Assembly: GCA_031369785.1 (NCBI GenBank)
Contig: JANMPI010000044.1
Coordinates: forward strand, 1-42,077
Direction of reading: 5' to 3'
Length of the DNA: 42,077 bases
Origin: Acidobacteriota bacterium
Lineage (GTDB): Bacteria > Acidobacteriota > Vicinamibacteria > Fen-336
Part shown: positions 25,362-35,060 of the stretch, piece after piece
Numbering within the stretch: position 1 is the first letter of the stretch
Layout: each line of letters starts with the position of its first letter
Translations under genes and position numbers: made by a program
Notes under the pieces: generated by a model
The model's input: only the letters and a program-made list of their open reading frames with translations
Database searches by the model: none
Told to the model about the DNA's origin: nothing

Positions 25362-27889
25362 TGCGCCACCGCGATGCGGGCCGGCGTCACGACGAGCGTC
25401 GTGGGCCGGCCGCCGGTGGTCACGCTCAGGCTCTGCACGCTGAGCGTCGACGAGCCCGCCTTCAGCGCGCGGAACGTGATCGACGCCACCACGCCGGAGC
25501 CGGCGGTGCCAACGGTCCGCGCGAAGCGTGCGCGCACGCGGCCCGTCTCGAGGCCGCGCTCGGCGGCCACCGGCTGGCCGTCGAGGGTGAGGAGGGAGCC
25601 TGCGGTCACGTCCACCGCTTCGAGGATGGCCGGATCGTAGGCGACGGCCAGATCGACCGCGGTCAGGTCCTGGACTCCCATCACCACGATTCCCACCGTC
25701 GCCGTTCCCCCGGCCCCCACGCGCACTTCGGGCGGGCTGAAGGACGCCGATGCCCTCCCGCTCCCATTCATTCTACCAGCCGGCGACGGCGCGGCCCCTG
25801 CGGCCGGCGTGCGGCCGGGAGCGCGGGTTGGCGACGGCGAAGGCGCCGGCGGACCGAAATCGTCGGGCGCGGGAAACCGCGTCGACGGGGCCAGGGTCGG
25901 AAGCCCCGGCGTCCCCGGTTCGGGTGTCGGCTCGGGAACGAGTGGACCCTGCTCCGGCGGCGGCACGAAGTCGGGCTCGCGCGCGGGCAGCGGCGTCGGC
26001 ACCACCGACGGTGTCGGCGGCGGCGTGGCCGCCGGCGTGCGCACCGCATCCACGTCCGGCATCGACCCCGATACCGTCCCCGGCGGACGGCCGGTCGAGG
26101 GACCGGGCGGCGGCCCGGGGGAGGCGACCGCGGGCGACGGCGAGGGAGTCGGCTCGGGCAGGCCGAACAGGTCGTCGCCCGCGCCCGGGACGCGGACGAC
26201 TTCCTGCGTGCCGATGAACATCGACCGCAGGTCCTCTTCGCTGATCTTCGGCGCGCGCACCAGGTGCGGCGTGATCGAAAAGAGGATCTCGGTCTGGTTC
26301 TTCTTCTTCTTGGTGCCGGTGAGGACGCGGTTCAGGATCGGGATGCTCTGCAGGCCGAGGATCCCGCTGAATGTCTCGCCCTCGTTGTCCTGGAGCAGGC
26401 CGCCGAGCAGCGCGGTCTCGCCGTCCCGGAGCCGCAGGGTGCCGTTGACGTTGCGGGTCAAAAAGGTCGGGAGGGTCTGGCCCGCGAGCGCCGAGTCCCC
26501 GCCGGGAAGGCTGAATTCGGCCGCCATCTCCAGCACGATGTCGCCGTTGGGCGTGACGCGGGGTGTGAGCTCGAGGTTCACCCCGACGTTCCGGTACTGG
26601 AAGGACGTGGCCGGCGCGAACGTGCCGCCCCCACCGCCGGTCTGGGCGGAGGTGAAGGTGGTGACCGGGACGGGCACCTCCTGCCCGATCTTGAGGCTCG
26701 TCTTCTTGCCCTCCGCGGCGCGCAGGCGCGGCGAGGCCAGGATCCGCGTATTGCTCTCGGTCTGGAGGAAGGTCGCGAGGAGAGTGGAGGGAATCGTGAC
26801 GACGAAGTCGGACGCGTTGATCGACGACAGGAGATGCGCACGCAGACTGACTCGGCCGCCCGCGGGGTCCTCGTTCGGCGCGAAGGTGAGCGAGGCCCCC
26901 GAGTTGGCGTTGGCGAGCTCGATCCCGTAGTTCTTGATCCGCTCGCGGTCGACCTCGAGAATCTGCACCTCGACCACCACCTCGCCGTGCGCCTTGTCGT
27001 TCAGGTCCAGCAGCCGCGTCACGATCGCGATCTGGTCCGAGGTGCCGATCACGTTGATGGCGCCGAGGAGCGGGTTGGAGACGATGCGCGCCGTGGTGCC
27101 GACGGCGGTCTTGATGATCGTCTCCACGTCCTTGGTCTCGGCGTTTTGCAGGTAGAACGTCTGCATCAGCATCGCGTCGTAGGCGCGGCGCTTCGCCTGG
27201 GACTCCGCGATGATGATGATCGTGTTCTGGTCGAGGACCTTGTAGAAGAGGCGGTTGACCATCGTGATCTGGTCCAGCGCCTCGCGGAAGGTCACCCCGG
27301 AGAGGCTCACGGTGACGTTCTTGTCCCGGAAGCCCTCGTCGAAGAGGACGTTCACGCCCGCGAGCTTCCCCAGCGTTTCCAGGAGCCGCTGCAGGCTCTG
27401 GTCGCGATAATTGAGCGCGATGGGGGCCAGGCTCCGCGCCGACAGCACGGGCACCGACGGGCGGGCCGCGGCGCGGGCGCGCTTGCTCTCGAAATCGGAC
27501 ATCTCGTTGCGCTGCGCATCGCGGGTGCGGATCCGCCCGCGCACGAGCGCGAGCTCGTCTGACGCGGACTTGTTGCTGGGGTCGTACTTGCTCGCGATGT
27601 CCAGCTCGTCGGCCGCCTTCTCGAGGTCGGCGGCCTGGATGTGCTTGCGCGCGAGGTCGTAGTGCATGCGGCTGGCCTGGATGCGCGCGTTCTCGAGGGT
27701 GATGCGGTACCCGATGTTGTCGGGATCCTTTTGCAGGGCGCGAGTGAGACGGGCCACGGCCAGGTCCCAGTTCCCCCGCTTCGCCTCTTCCTGCCCCTGG
27801 TGGTAGGCCAGCCTCCCCGCGCACGCGACGCCGGCGAGGGCGGCCACGGCCAGGATCACGGCGAGACGGCGATTCACGGCTCTCTGCAT
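25358..27889 (-). CDS. secretin (GspD/PilQ family) with an N-terminal TPR module and a C-terminal Pro-rich linker plus cohesin-like domain
   Basis: ORF 25358..27889, 843 aa. TPR-like region at aa 25-120. N-domains include FYLQNAETKDVETIIK...INVIGTSDQIAIVTRLLDLNDK. Secretin core: VVVEVQILEVDRERIKNYG...ILASPRLRAAEGKKTSLKIGQEVPV...FQYRNVGVNLELTPRV...RLRDGETALLGGL...GLQSIPILNRV...EILFSITPHLV. Then a Pro-rich stretch at aa 575-715 and a beta-rich domain at aa 716-843. Confidence 0.9.
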   Translation of the reverse strand: MQRAVNRRLAVILAVAALAGVACAGRLAYHQGQEEAKRGNWDLAVARLTRALQKDPDNIGYRITLENARIQASRMHYDLARKHIQAADLEKAADELDIASKYDPSNKSASDELALVRGRIRTRDAQRNEMSDFESKRARAAARPSVPVLSARSLAPIALNYRDQSLQRLLETLGKLAGVNVLFDEGFRDKNVTVSLSGVTFREALDQITMVNRLFYKVLDQNTIIIIAESQAKRRAYDAMLMQTFYLQNAETKDVETIIKTAVGTTARIVSNPLLGAINVIGTSDQIAIVTRLLDLNDKAHGEVVVEVQILEVDRERIKNYGIELANANSGASLTFAPNEDPAGGRVSLRAHLLSSINASDFVVTIPSTLLATFLQTESNTRILASPRLRAAEGKKTSLKIGQEVPVPVTTFTSAQTGGGGGTFAPATSFQYRNVGVNLELTPRVTPNGDIVLEMAAEFSLPGGDSALAGQTLPTFLTRNVNGTLRLRDGETALLGGLLQDNEGETFSGILGLQSIPILNRVLTGTKKKKNQTEILFSITPHLVRAPKISEEDLRSMFIGTQEVVRVPGAGDDLFGLPEPTPSPSPAVASPGPPPGPSTGRPPGTVSGSMPDVDAVRTPAATPPPTPSVVPTPLPAREPDFVPPPEQGPLVPEPTPEPGTPGLPTLAPSTRFPAPDDFGPPAPSPSPTRAPGRTPAAGAAPSPAGRMNGSGRASASFSPPEVRVGAGGTATVGIVVMGVQDLTAVDLAVAYDPAILEAVDVTAGSLLTLDGQPVAAERGLETGRVRARFARTVGTAGSGVVASITFRALKAGSSTLSVQSLSVTTGGRPTTLVVTPARIAVAQ

Positions 27890-28440
27890 CAGTTCCCCTT
27901 GAGAGGTATGCGTTGGACCTGTTCGGATCCGACCTGCTGGACGTCGACCGACTCGATCCCTATCTTCACGATGCGGAAGCGGTTCCCCACCATCTCACCG
28001 ACCTGCCCGGTGAGGATCTCGCCGCGATCCGTCATCAGCATCGCCACCTTCACGCCCCGGCGCTCCACCGCGCCGATGTACTTGACGTTCAAGGGCGGCA
28101 ACGGCGTCGGCGTGGGCACGGTGACGGGCGGCGGCGCCTCGCGCGCGGCGATCTCCTCCGGGGTCTCGGGGACCGGCGACGGCATCGGCGGCGGCGGGGG
28201 GGCGGCGAAGTCGAACAGGTCGCGGGTGCCGAGCCCGGGGGCGGGGGCCGGGTTCGCGATGCGCGCGAAATCGATCACCGGCAGCGGCGACGGCGGCGGC
28301 CCCGCCTTGCGGCTGCGCTCTCCCGCGCGCACCGCCGCCGTGGGGCCGGGCGCATCCGCCGGCAGCAGCAGGTAGGCGACGAGCAGGAGCGCCGCTCCCG
28401 CGCCGGCGAAGATCACCCATCGCGGCCGGTCCCTCACCAT
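27889..28440 (-). CDS. PilP/GspC(HR-domain)-like inner-membrane-anchored connector protein
   Basis: C-terminal 183 aa of ORF 27889..28554, from ATG 28440. TM anchor WVIFAGAGAALLLVAYLLL, Pro-rich linker, then a small beta domain YIGAVERRGVKVAMLMTDRGEILTGQVGEMVGNRFRIVKIGIESVDVQ. Lies directly upstream of the secretin and shares 1 nt with its ATG. Confidence 0.55.
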   Translation of the reverse strand: MVRDRPRWVIFAGAGAALLLVAYLLLPADAPGPTAAVRAGERSRKAGPPPSPLPVIDFARIANPAPAPGLGTRDLFDFAAPPPPPMPSPVPETPEEIAAREAPPPVTVPTPTPLPPLNVKYIGAVERRGVKVAMLMTDRGEILTGQVGEMVGNRFRIVKIGIESVDVQQVGSEQVQRIPLKGN

Positions 28441-28829
28441 TCGTTGTACGGCGAGCCCATCGTCGACAGCATCTCGGAGGCGCTGTGGACGTCGTAGATG
28501 CCCGCCGGCTCGTCGGGATTCTCGGCGTCGGGCTCCGCCGGAACCTCCTGCCAATCGGCCTGATGGGTGAACGGGTCGATGGGGATCTTGCGCAGGTAGC
28601 CGGCGGCGACGATCGCCTCCAGCGACTCCGGGTACTTGCCCTTGTCGGCCTGGTACTGGTCGATGAGATCGCGGAACCGGTACAGGTCCTCGCGGAGCAC
28701 CGCCTCCTTGGCCTGGATGATCGCGGACTTGTAGTTGGGAAGCGCGATCGCGGCCAGGATCCCGAGGATGCTCACCACCACCACGAGCTCGATGAGCGTG
28801 AAGCCGCTCGCGCGCGTGGCCTTCACCAT
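28434..28829 (-). CDS. GspG-like major pseudopilin
   Basis: C-terminal 131 aa of ORF 28434..28946, from ATG 28829. Contains MVKATRASG/FTLIELVVVVSILGILAAIALPNY (Glu5 present), then DLIDQYQADKGKYPESLEAIV..YLRKIPIDP...W...YDVHS...YNEW, as in T2SS GspG. Confidence 0.8.
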   Translation of the reverse strand: MVKATRASGFTLIELVVVVSILGILAAIALPNYKSAIIQAKEAVLREDLYRFRDLIDQYQADKGKYPESLEAIVAAGYLRKIPIDPFTHQADWQEVPAEPDAENPDEPAGIYDVHSASEMLSTMGSPYNEW

Positions 28830-29296
28830 GCGGCGTACTTCGACCCGTCGAGGGCCGTCCCCCCGCTGCGGGAGTGGATGTCGTACACGTTCTCGCCGCA
28901 CCAGCTGCGATCGTCGGCGTCGTCCTGGTAACAGCGCATCTCCCATTCCGCCTTTCCGGTCATCGGGTCGAGGGGGATCTGGCGCAGGAACTTGAGCTTC
29001 GTGTCGAGCTTCCCCACCTGGCTCACGCCCTTCACGAGGGTCTCGAGATCGGGCGGATAGCCCTCGCTCCCGAGCTTCACGTCGGTGCCGCCGATCTTCC
29101 CCTGGTCGACCGCGAGCTTGTAGCGGTCGATGGCCGTGCGCAGCACGCGCAGCTCGCGGCGGAGCTCGATCTCCTTGTTGCGGGTGCGCATCACTTTCGC
29201 CGTGGGAAGGATCGCGGAAGCCAGGATGAGGAGGATCGTCGCCGTGGCGATGAGCTCCAGATAGGTGAACCCCGCCGCGGCGTGCTCAGTCCGCAT
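28823..29296 (-). CDS. GspG-like pseudopilin (second paralogue, with a Cys pair)
   Basis: ORF 28823..29338. Start ATG 29296 (or 29305). Contains MRTEHAAAG/FTYLELIATATILLILASAILP (Glu5 present), KEIELRRELRVLRTAIDRYK, FLRQIPLDP, RCYQDDADDRSWCG and a C-terminal YAAW. Confidence 0.75.
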   Translation of the reverse strand: MRTEHAAAGFTYLELIATATILLILASAILPTAKVMRTRNKEIELRRELRVLRTAIDRYKLAVDQGKIGGTDVKLGSEGYPPDLETLVKGVSQVGKLDTKLKFLRQIPLDPMTGKAEWEMRCYQDDADDRSWCGENVYDIHSRSGGTALDGSKYAAW

Positions 29297-29852
29297 CGCC
29301 GACATCCGTGTCCACGAAGTACACCGAGAGGACGACATTCAGGCTCGTCGAGTGGCCGGAGCCGCCGCTGTTGTCCTCGCGCAGCGCGATCGAATCCACG
29401 GTGACGATGTGGGGGAGGGCCTCCAGCCGTTGCAGGAACGACGCGACCTGCGGGTAGCTGCCGGAGATCGGCATCGTGATGCGGAAGCGGGCCAGGTTGT
29501 CGCTCCCCTTCACCGCCTCCTTCTGATAGGACCGGCTGCCCAGGGTGAGGCCGAGCTGGCGCGCAATCCCGGCGATCGCCTCCTGGATCATCAGCAGCGA
29601 TTCCTTGCGGCCGAGGGCCTGGTAGAAGCGCGTCACGTCGGTGGTGTTGGCTTCGATCGTCCGCGCCCGCTCGCGAACGCCTTCGACGCGCGTGCGCTCC
29701 TCGGCGACTTCCTGGCGCAGCACTACCGCCTGGGCGGCGATCGTACGCTCCTGCGACGCCCGCGGATGCGTGTAGGCGAGGTAGGTGCCGACGTTCAGGG
29801 CCAGCAAAACGAGGGCGGGCACGAGCAGCCGCCGCCGCCAGAAGGGCCTCAT
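29286..29852 (-). CDS. PilO/GspM-like inner-membrane platform protein
   Basis: C-terminal 188 aa of ORF 29286..30554. ATG 29852 overlaps the pilN-like stop (ATGA). Single TM LLVPALVLLALNVGTYLAY, a coiled coil, then ARFRITMPISGSYPQVASFLQRLEALPHIVTVDSIAL. Confidence 0.6.
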   Translation of the reverse strand: MRPFWRRRLLVPALVLLALNVGTYLAYTHPRASQERTIAAQAVVLRQEVAEERTRVEGVRERARTIEANTTDVTRFYQALGRKESLLMIQEAIAGIARQLGLTLGSRSYQKEAVKGSDNLARFRITMPISGSYPQVASFLQRLEALPHIVTVDSIALREDNSGGSGHSTSLNVVLSVYFVDTDVGDAD

Positions 29853-30430
29853 GGGCCACCCGTGGGCGCGGGAGCGGGCGGACCCACCAGCGCGGCCGTG
29901 GCCTGCGGGCGGTATCGGATCCCGTAGCTGAAGGAGTTCCCCGTCTCGCTCTTCGGATAGACGCCGTAGAAATCCCCGCCCCCCTCCAGCACGCGGACGA
30001 ATTCCCAGCCCGCTTCCCGCGAGCGCACGGTCGCCTCGACGTCCAGCTCGACCTGGCCCTTGCGCAGCGACGGCGAGATGGAGGTGAGCCGGACGCCCAT
30101 CGGCATCAGCTGCTCCAGGCGCACGAAGAGGCCGGTCCACGAGAAGGCGCGCCGGTCCACGATCTCCTTCACCATGTTCCATTGCGCGAGGGTTGCCGGC
30201 GGCGGCGTCTCCGTCTTCAGCGTGCGCCCCTCGTTCTGGAGCGTGGCCAGCTCGAGCTGAAGGGCCGCCACCTCGCGATGCCGCTCGGACGTCCGCGCGG
30301 GGAGCAGGTTGCGGATCACCACCGCGTGCCACCCGGTGAGCGCGACCAGAAGGACGGCGGCGGCGGCGAAGCTGGTGGCGGCCAGGCGCTCGTTGCGGAA
30401 GGGGCGCTCGGCGAGGTTGAGCGGCTTCAC
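29849..30430 (-). CDS. PilN-like inner-membrane platform protein
   Basis: C-terminal 193 aa of ORF 29849..30721. GTG 30430 overlaps the pilM-like stop (GTGA). Contains VKPLNLAERPFRNERL, TM FAAAAVLLVALTGWHAVVI, a coiled coil and a periplasmic domain. Confidence 0.65.
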   Translation of the reverse strand: MKPLNLAERPFRNERLAATSFAAAAVLLVALTGWHAVVIRNLLPARTSERHREVAALQLELATLQNEGRTLKTETPPPATLAQWNMVKEIVDRRAFSWTGLFVRLEQLMPMGVRLTSISPSLRKGQVELDVEATVRSREAGWEFVRVLEGGGDFYGVYPKSETGNSFSYGIRYRPQATAALVGPPAPAPTGGP

Positions 30431-31446
30431 GCGGGGGCCCCGAGCGATGCGGCCGCGCCGGCCAGGGCCTGCGAGACTTCGGCGGGCGCGCCCCCGAGCA
30501 TCGTCCACGCATCGAGCACGGACGGCACGAACCCGACGGCGGGGGCCAGCCCATCGACGGCTTCGCCCGGCGAGACGACCGAGGAGCGGACGAACGCGCT
30601 GGCGATGCCGCTGCCGCCGAGCCGCTCGCGGTAGTAGATGAGCGTGCTCGAGACCTCGCGCATGACCTCCGCCGGAGACGCCGCGGCGGCGCCGGACAGG
30701 GTGCGCAGCAAAATCGGCCATCCGTCCCGCACGAGGACGAGGGTCACGTACCCCTCGTCCCAGTTGACGAGGAGACCGTCGCCCGGCACCCGTGCCGGGA
30801 ACGCCGCGCGCACGAGGGCGAGGCCGGCGATCTCCACCAGGCCCGGCTCGAGGCCGAGGCCGCGGCAGGCTTCCTCGTATTGCGCGACCACGGGACCGAG
30901 GGTCGCCGCGACCACGATGGTGTCGGCCGGGGTGTCGCCGCCGATCGCGTAGGCCACGCGCGCGTCACGGATGTCGAACGGGATCGACTTCCGGAGGCGG
31001 AAGCGGAGGAGCTCGTCGATCTCGCGCGGCTTGCGCGGCCGGACCTCGACCGCGGGCACGAGGGTCACGCGCGCGATGGTGTCCGGAAGCACGAGCGCGA
31101 CCCGCGCTCCGCCGAGAATGCCGGCCCGCTCGAGAGCGCCGTGGATCGCCTGGCCGAACCGCGACACGTCGGTGATGTTCGGCTGCGTGAGGCTGAGGGC
31201 GAGCGCCCCCGGCGGAAGGTCGAGCACGGCCGCCGCGGCCACGAGGAGCCGGCCCTTCTCCCTCCGCAGGCGCAGCACCCCCACGCTGGAGGCGCGCACT
31301 TCGATCGCGACCAGGGGACGGTCGGGCTCGAGGAACTGCCGGCGCATCCAGGCCAGCCCGCGCGCGCCCACCGGCGCCGCGGCCGGCGGCCTTGCCTCCG
31401 GCGCCACGGGATCGCGCATCACGACGTCGCCCGCGGGGCTCGCCAT
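30427..31446 (-). CDS. PilM-like (actin-fold, GspL-cytoplasmic-domain-like) platform protein
   Basis: ORF 30427..31449. Contains LVAIEVRASSVGVLRL...ARVALVLPDTIARVTLVP...EIDELLRFRLRKSIPFDIRDARVAYAI...LVNWDEGYVTLVLV. No TM segment. Start uncertain: ATG 31446, GTG 31449 or ATG 31347. Confidence 0.65.
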   Translation of the reverse strand: MASPAGDVVMRDPVAPEARPPAAAPVGARGLAWMRRQFLEPDRPLVAIEVRASSVGVLRLRREKGRLLVAAAAVLDLPPGALALSLTQPNITDVSRFGQAIHGALERAGILGGARVALVLPDTIARVTLVPAVEVRPRKPREIDELLRFRLRKSIPFDIRDARVAYAIGGDTPADTIVVAATLGPVVAQYEEACRGLGLEPGLVEIAGLALVRAAFPARVPGDGLLVNWDEGYVTLVLVRDGWPILLRTLSGAAAASPAEVMREVSSTLIYYRERLGGSGIASAFVRSSVVSPGEAVDGLAPAVGFVPSVLDAWTMLGGAPAEVSQALAGAAASLGAPA

Positions 31447-31471
31447 CACGCGGCCGGCGACGCGCGTCGCG

Positions 31472-33096
<1,625 letters not shown>

Positions 33097-33097
<1 letters not shown>

Positions 33098-34317
33098 TAG
33101 ACCTGCTTCTCCACCGCGCTGATCGCCTCGAACAGCGGCAGGTAGAACGCGAGCAGCATGCCGGCGACGATCACCGCCATCAGCACCAGCATGATCGGCT
33201 CGACCAGCGCGATGGCCTTGGCCATGCGGTTCTCGAGCTCCTCGTCGTAGAAGTCGGCGACCGCGGTGAGCATGTCGCCGAGGGCCCCCGTCTGCTCGCC
33301 GACCTTCACCATCTCGAGAGCGAGGTTGTCGACCATCGCCGTGGTCTCGAGCGCCGTGGTGAGGCTCTTGCCTTCGCGGATGTGATGGGTGGCGGACGAG
33401 ATCGCCTCCGCCATGGCGCGGTTCCCCACCGACGCGGCCGCGACGTCCATGGCATTCACCAGCGGAAGCCCGCCGGTCAGGAGCGCGGAGAGGGTGCGCG
33501 CGAGCTGGCTGGTCGCGTACATGCGCATGAGGCCGCCGATGTACGGCACGCGCAGCATCGCGCGGTCGAGGACGATCCCCGATCCCTCGCGGCGAAGCCA
33601 CGTGGCGACGCCGATCCACGCCCCGGCGATCACGAGCACGAAGAGCAGCAGGTGGCCGCCGACGAAATCCGCCATCGCGATGAGGACCCGCGTGATCAGC
33701 GGCAGCTCGACGTTCAGCCCCTGGTAGAAGTCCTGGAACTGCGGGATCACCTTGACCATCAGGATGATGACCAGCGCAATCATCATCACCAGCAGCATGA
33801 TCGGGTAGACGGAGGCGGAGACGGCCTTCTTCTTCAAGGACTGGTTGAGGCGCATGTACTGAACGAAGCGCCGCAGCATCCCCTCCAGGCTGCCGCTGCG
33901 CTCGCCGGCCGCGATGCTCGCGGCCAGCATCGGCGGGTAGAGGGCCCCTTCGGTGCGGAACGCCTCCGAGAGCGCGATCCCCGACTTCACCTTCTCGCGA
34001 ATCGCGGTCAGCGACCGGCGGAAGACCTCGTCGCGCTGCCGCTCGAGGAGGATGTCCAGGGCCTGCAGGAGCGGGAGGCCGGCCTTCAGGAGGGCCGCCA
34101 TCTCCTGCCCGAAGAGGAGGAGCCGGTCGGGGTCGACGCGCGGGCGGCGGAGGCCCAGCTGTTTGAGGCCCATTCCCCGGCGGACGGAGAAGAGGTAATA
34201 CCCCTTCTGGTCGAGGTCGTTGCGCAGCGCCGCCTCGTCCGGAGCGGTGAATGTCTGCTCCACCACCTCGCCCGTCGGAGTCCCCACCCGGCAAACGTAT
34301 TCCATGGCTGTAGCCAA
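33097..34317 (-). CDS. GspF/PilC-family inner-membrane platform protein
   Basis: ORF 33097..34317 (TTG 34317, or ATG 34305). Two T2SSF repeats: LLFGQEMAALLKAGLPLLQAL...SEAF...YPPMLAASIAAGERSG, and TSQLARTLSALLTGGLPLVNAM...TTAL...LALEMVKVGEQTGAL. Confidence 0.9.
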
Positions 34318-34323
34318 CCGGCT

Positions 34324-34351
34324 ATTCTACCAACCTCGCGCTAACCCTCAA
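34324..34351 (-). promoter_or_regulatory. candidate sigma70-type promoter (TTGAGG-N16-TAGAAT) reading into the gspF-like gene
   Basis: On the minus strand: TTGAGG (34351-34346), a 16-nt spacer, then TAGAAT (34329-34324). Located in the 46-nt gap between the response-regulator stop and the gspF-like start. The -10 element ends 6 nt before TTG 34317 and 18 nt before ATG 34305. Confidence 0.35.
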
Positions 34352-34363
34352 AACGACCACGAC

Positions 34364-35050
34364 TTACGTCGGGTCCACGAATTTGTACCCCGTCCCGTGG
34401 ATGGTCATGATGAAGCGCGGCTCGGATCCGGAATCGCCGATCTTGGCCCGCAGCTTCGCGATGTGCGTATCGACGGTACGGGTGGAGGGATAGCTCTCGT
34501 AGCCCCACACGTCCTCGAGCAGCTGATCGCGGGAAACGGTGTCGCCCTTGCGCTCGATGAGATAGCGCAGGAGCTCGAACTCCCGCGGCGAGAGGTCGAG
34601 GGGCTCCCCGCCCTTCTTGGCGCGGTACACCTCGAAGTCGAGCTCGATGTCCGAGAAGCGGTAGCGCGAAAGGCGCTTCTTGCCGCCTTCGGTGCGGCGC
34701 AGGATGGCGCGCACGCGGGCCAGCAGCTCGCGGATCGAGAAGGGCTTGGTCACGTAGTCGTCGGCCCCGAGCTCGAGGCCCACCACCTTGTCGATCTCCT
34801 GCCCGCGCGCGGTTAGCATCACGATGGGGGCGTCGAACCCTTCGCCGCGCAGCGCCTTGCACACCTCGAGGCCGGAGAGGACGGGCAGCAAGATGTCGAG
34901 GATCACGAGGTCGGGCTTCAACGTCCGCGCCTTCTCGAGGCCGACCGCGCCGTCCCCGGCGGTGATCACCTCGTACCCCTCGAACTCGAAGTTGTCCTTC
35001 AGCCCGAGCACCATGTCGGGTTCGTCCTCGACGATCAGGATCTTGGCCAC
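34364..35050 (-). CDS. OmpR/PhoB-family response regulator
   Basis: C-terminal 228 aa of ORF 34364..35302, from GTG 35050. Receiver KILIVEDEPDM...DLVILDILLP...MLTA...DDYVTKPF. Winged-helix output LSPREFELLRYL...TVDTHIAKLRAKI...IHGTGYKF. Confidence 0.9.
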   Translation of the reverse strand: MAKILIVEDEPDMVLGLKDNFEFEGYEVITAGDGAVGLEKARTLKPDLVILDILLPVLSGLEVCKALRGEGFDAPIVMLTARGQEIDKVVGLELGADDYVTKPFSIRELLARVRAILRRTEGGKKRLSRYRFSDIELDFEVYRAKKGGEPLDLSPREFELLRYLIERKGDTVSRDQLLEDVWGYESYPSTRTVDTHIAKLRAKIGDSGSEPRFIMTIHGTGYKFVDPT

Positions 35051-35060
35051 CGGTCTACCT

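Noticed and set aside
25745-26167. Apparent nucleotide-level repeats (ccg/gcc-rich periodicity) that might be taken for a tandem repeat or CRISPR-like array. The same pattern occurs at 4661..4975.
   Set aside because: They are in-frame coding low-complexity Pro/Ala/Ser linkers of the secretin and E2. They show no regular repeat-spacer structure and no unit of constant length.
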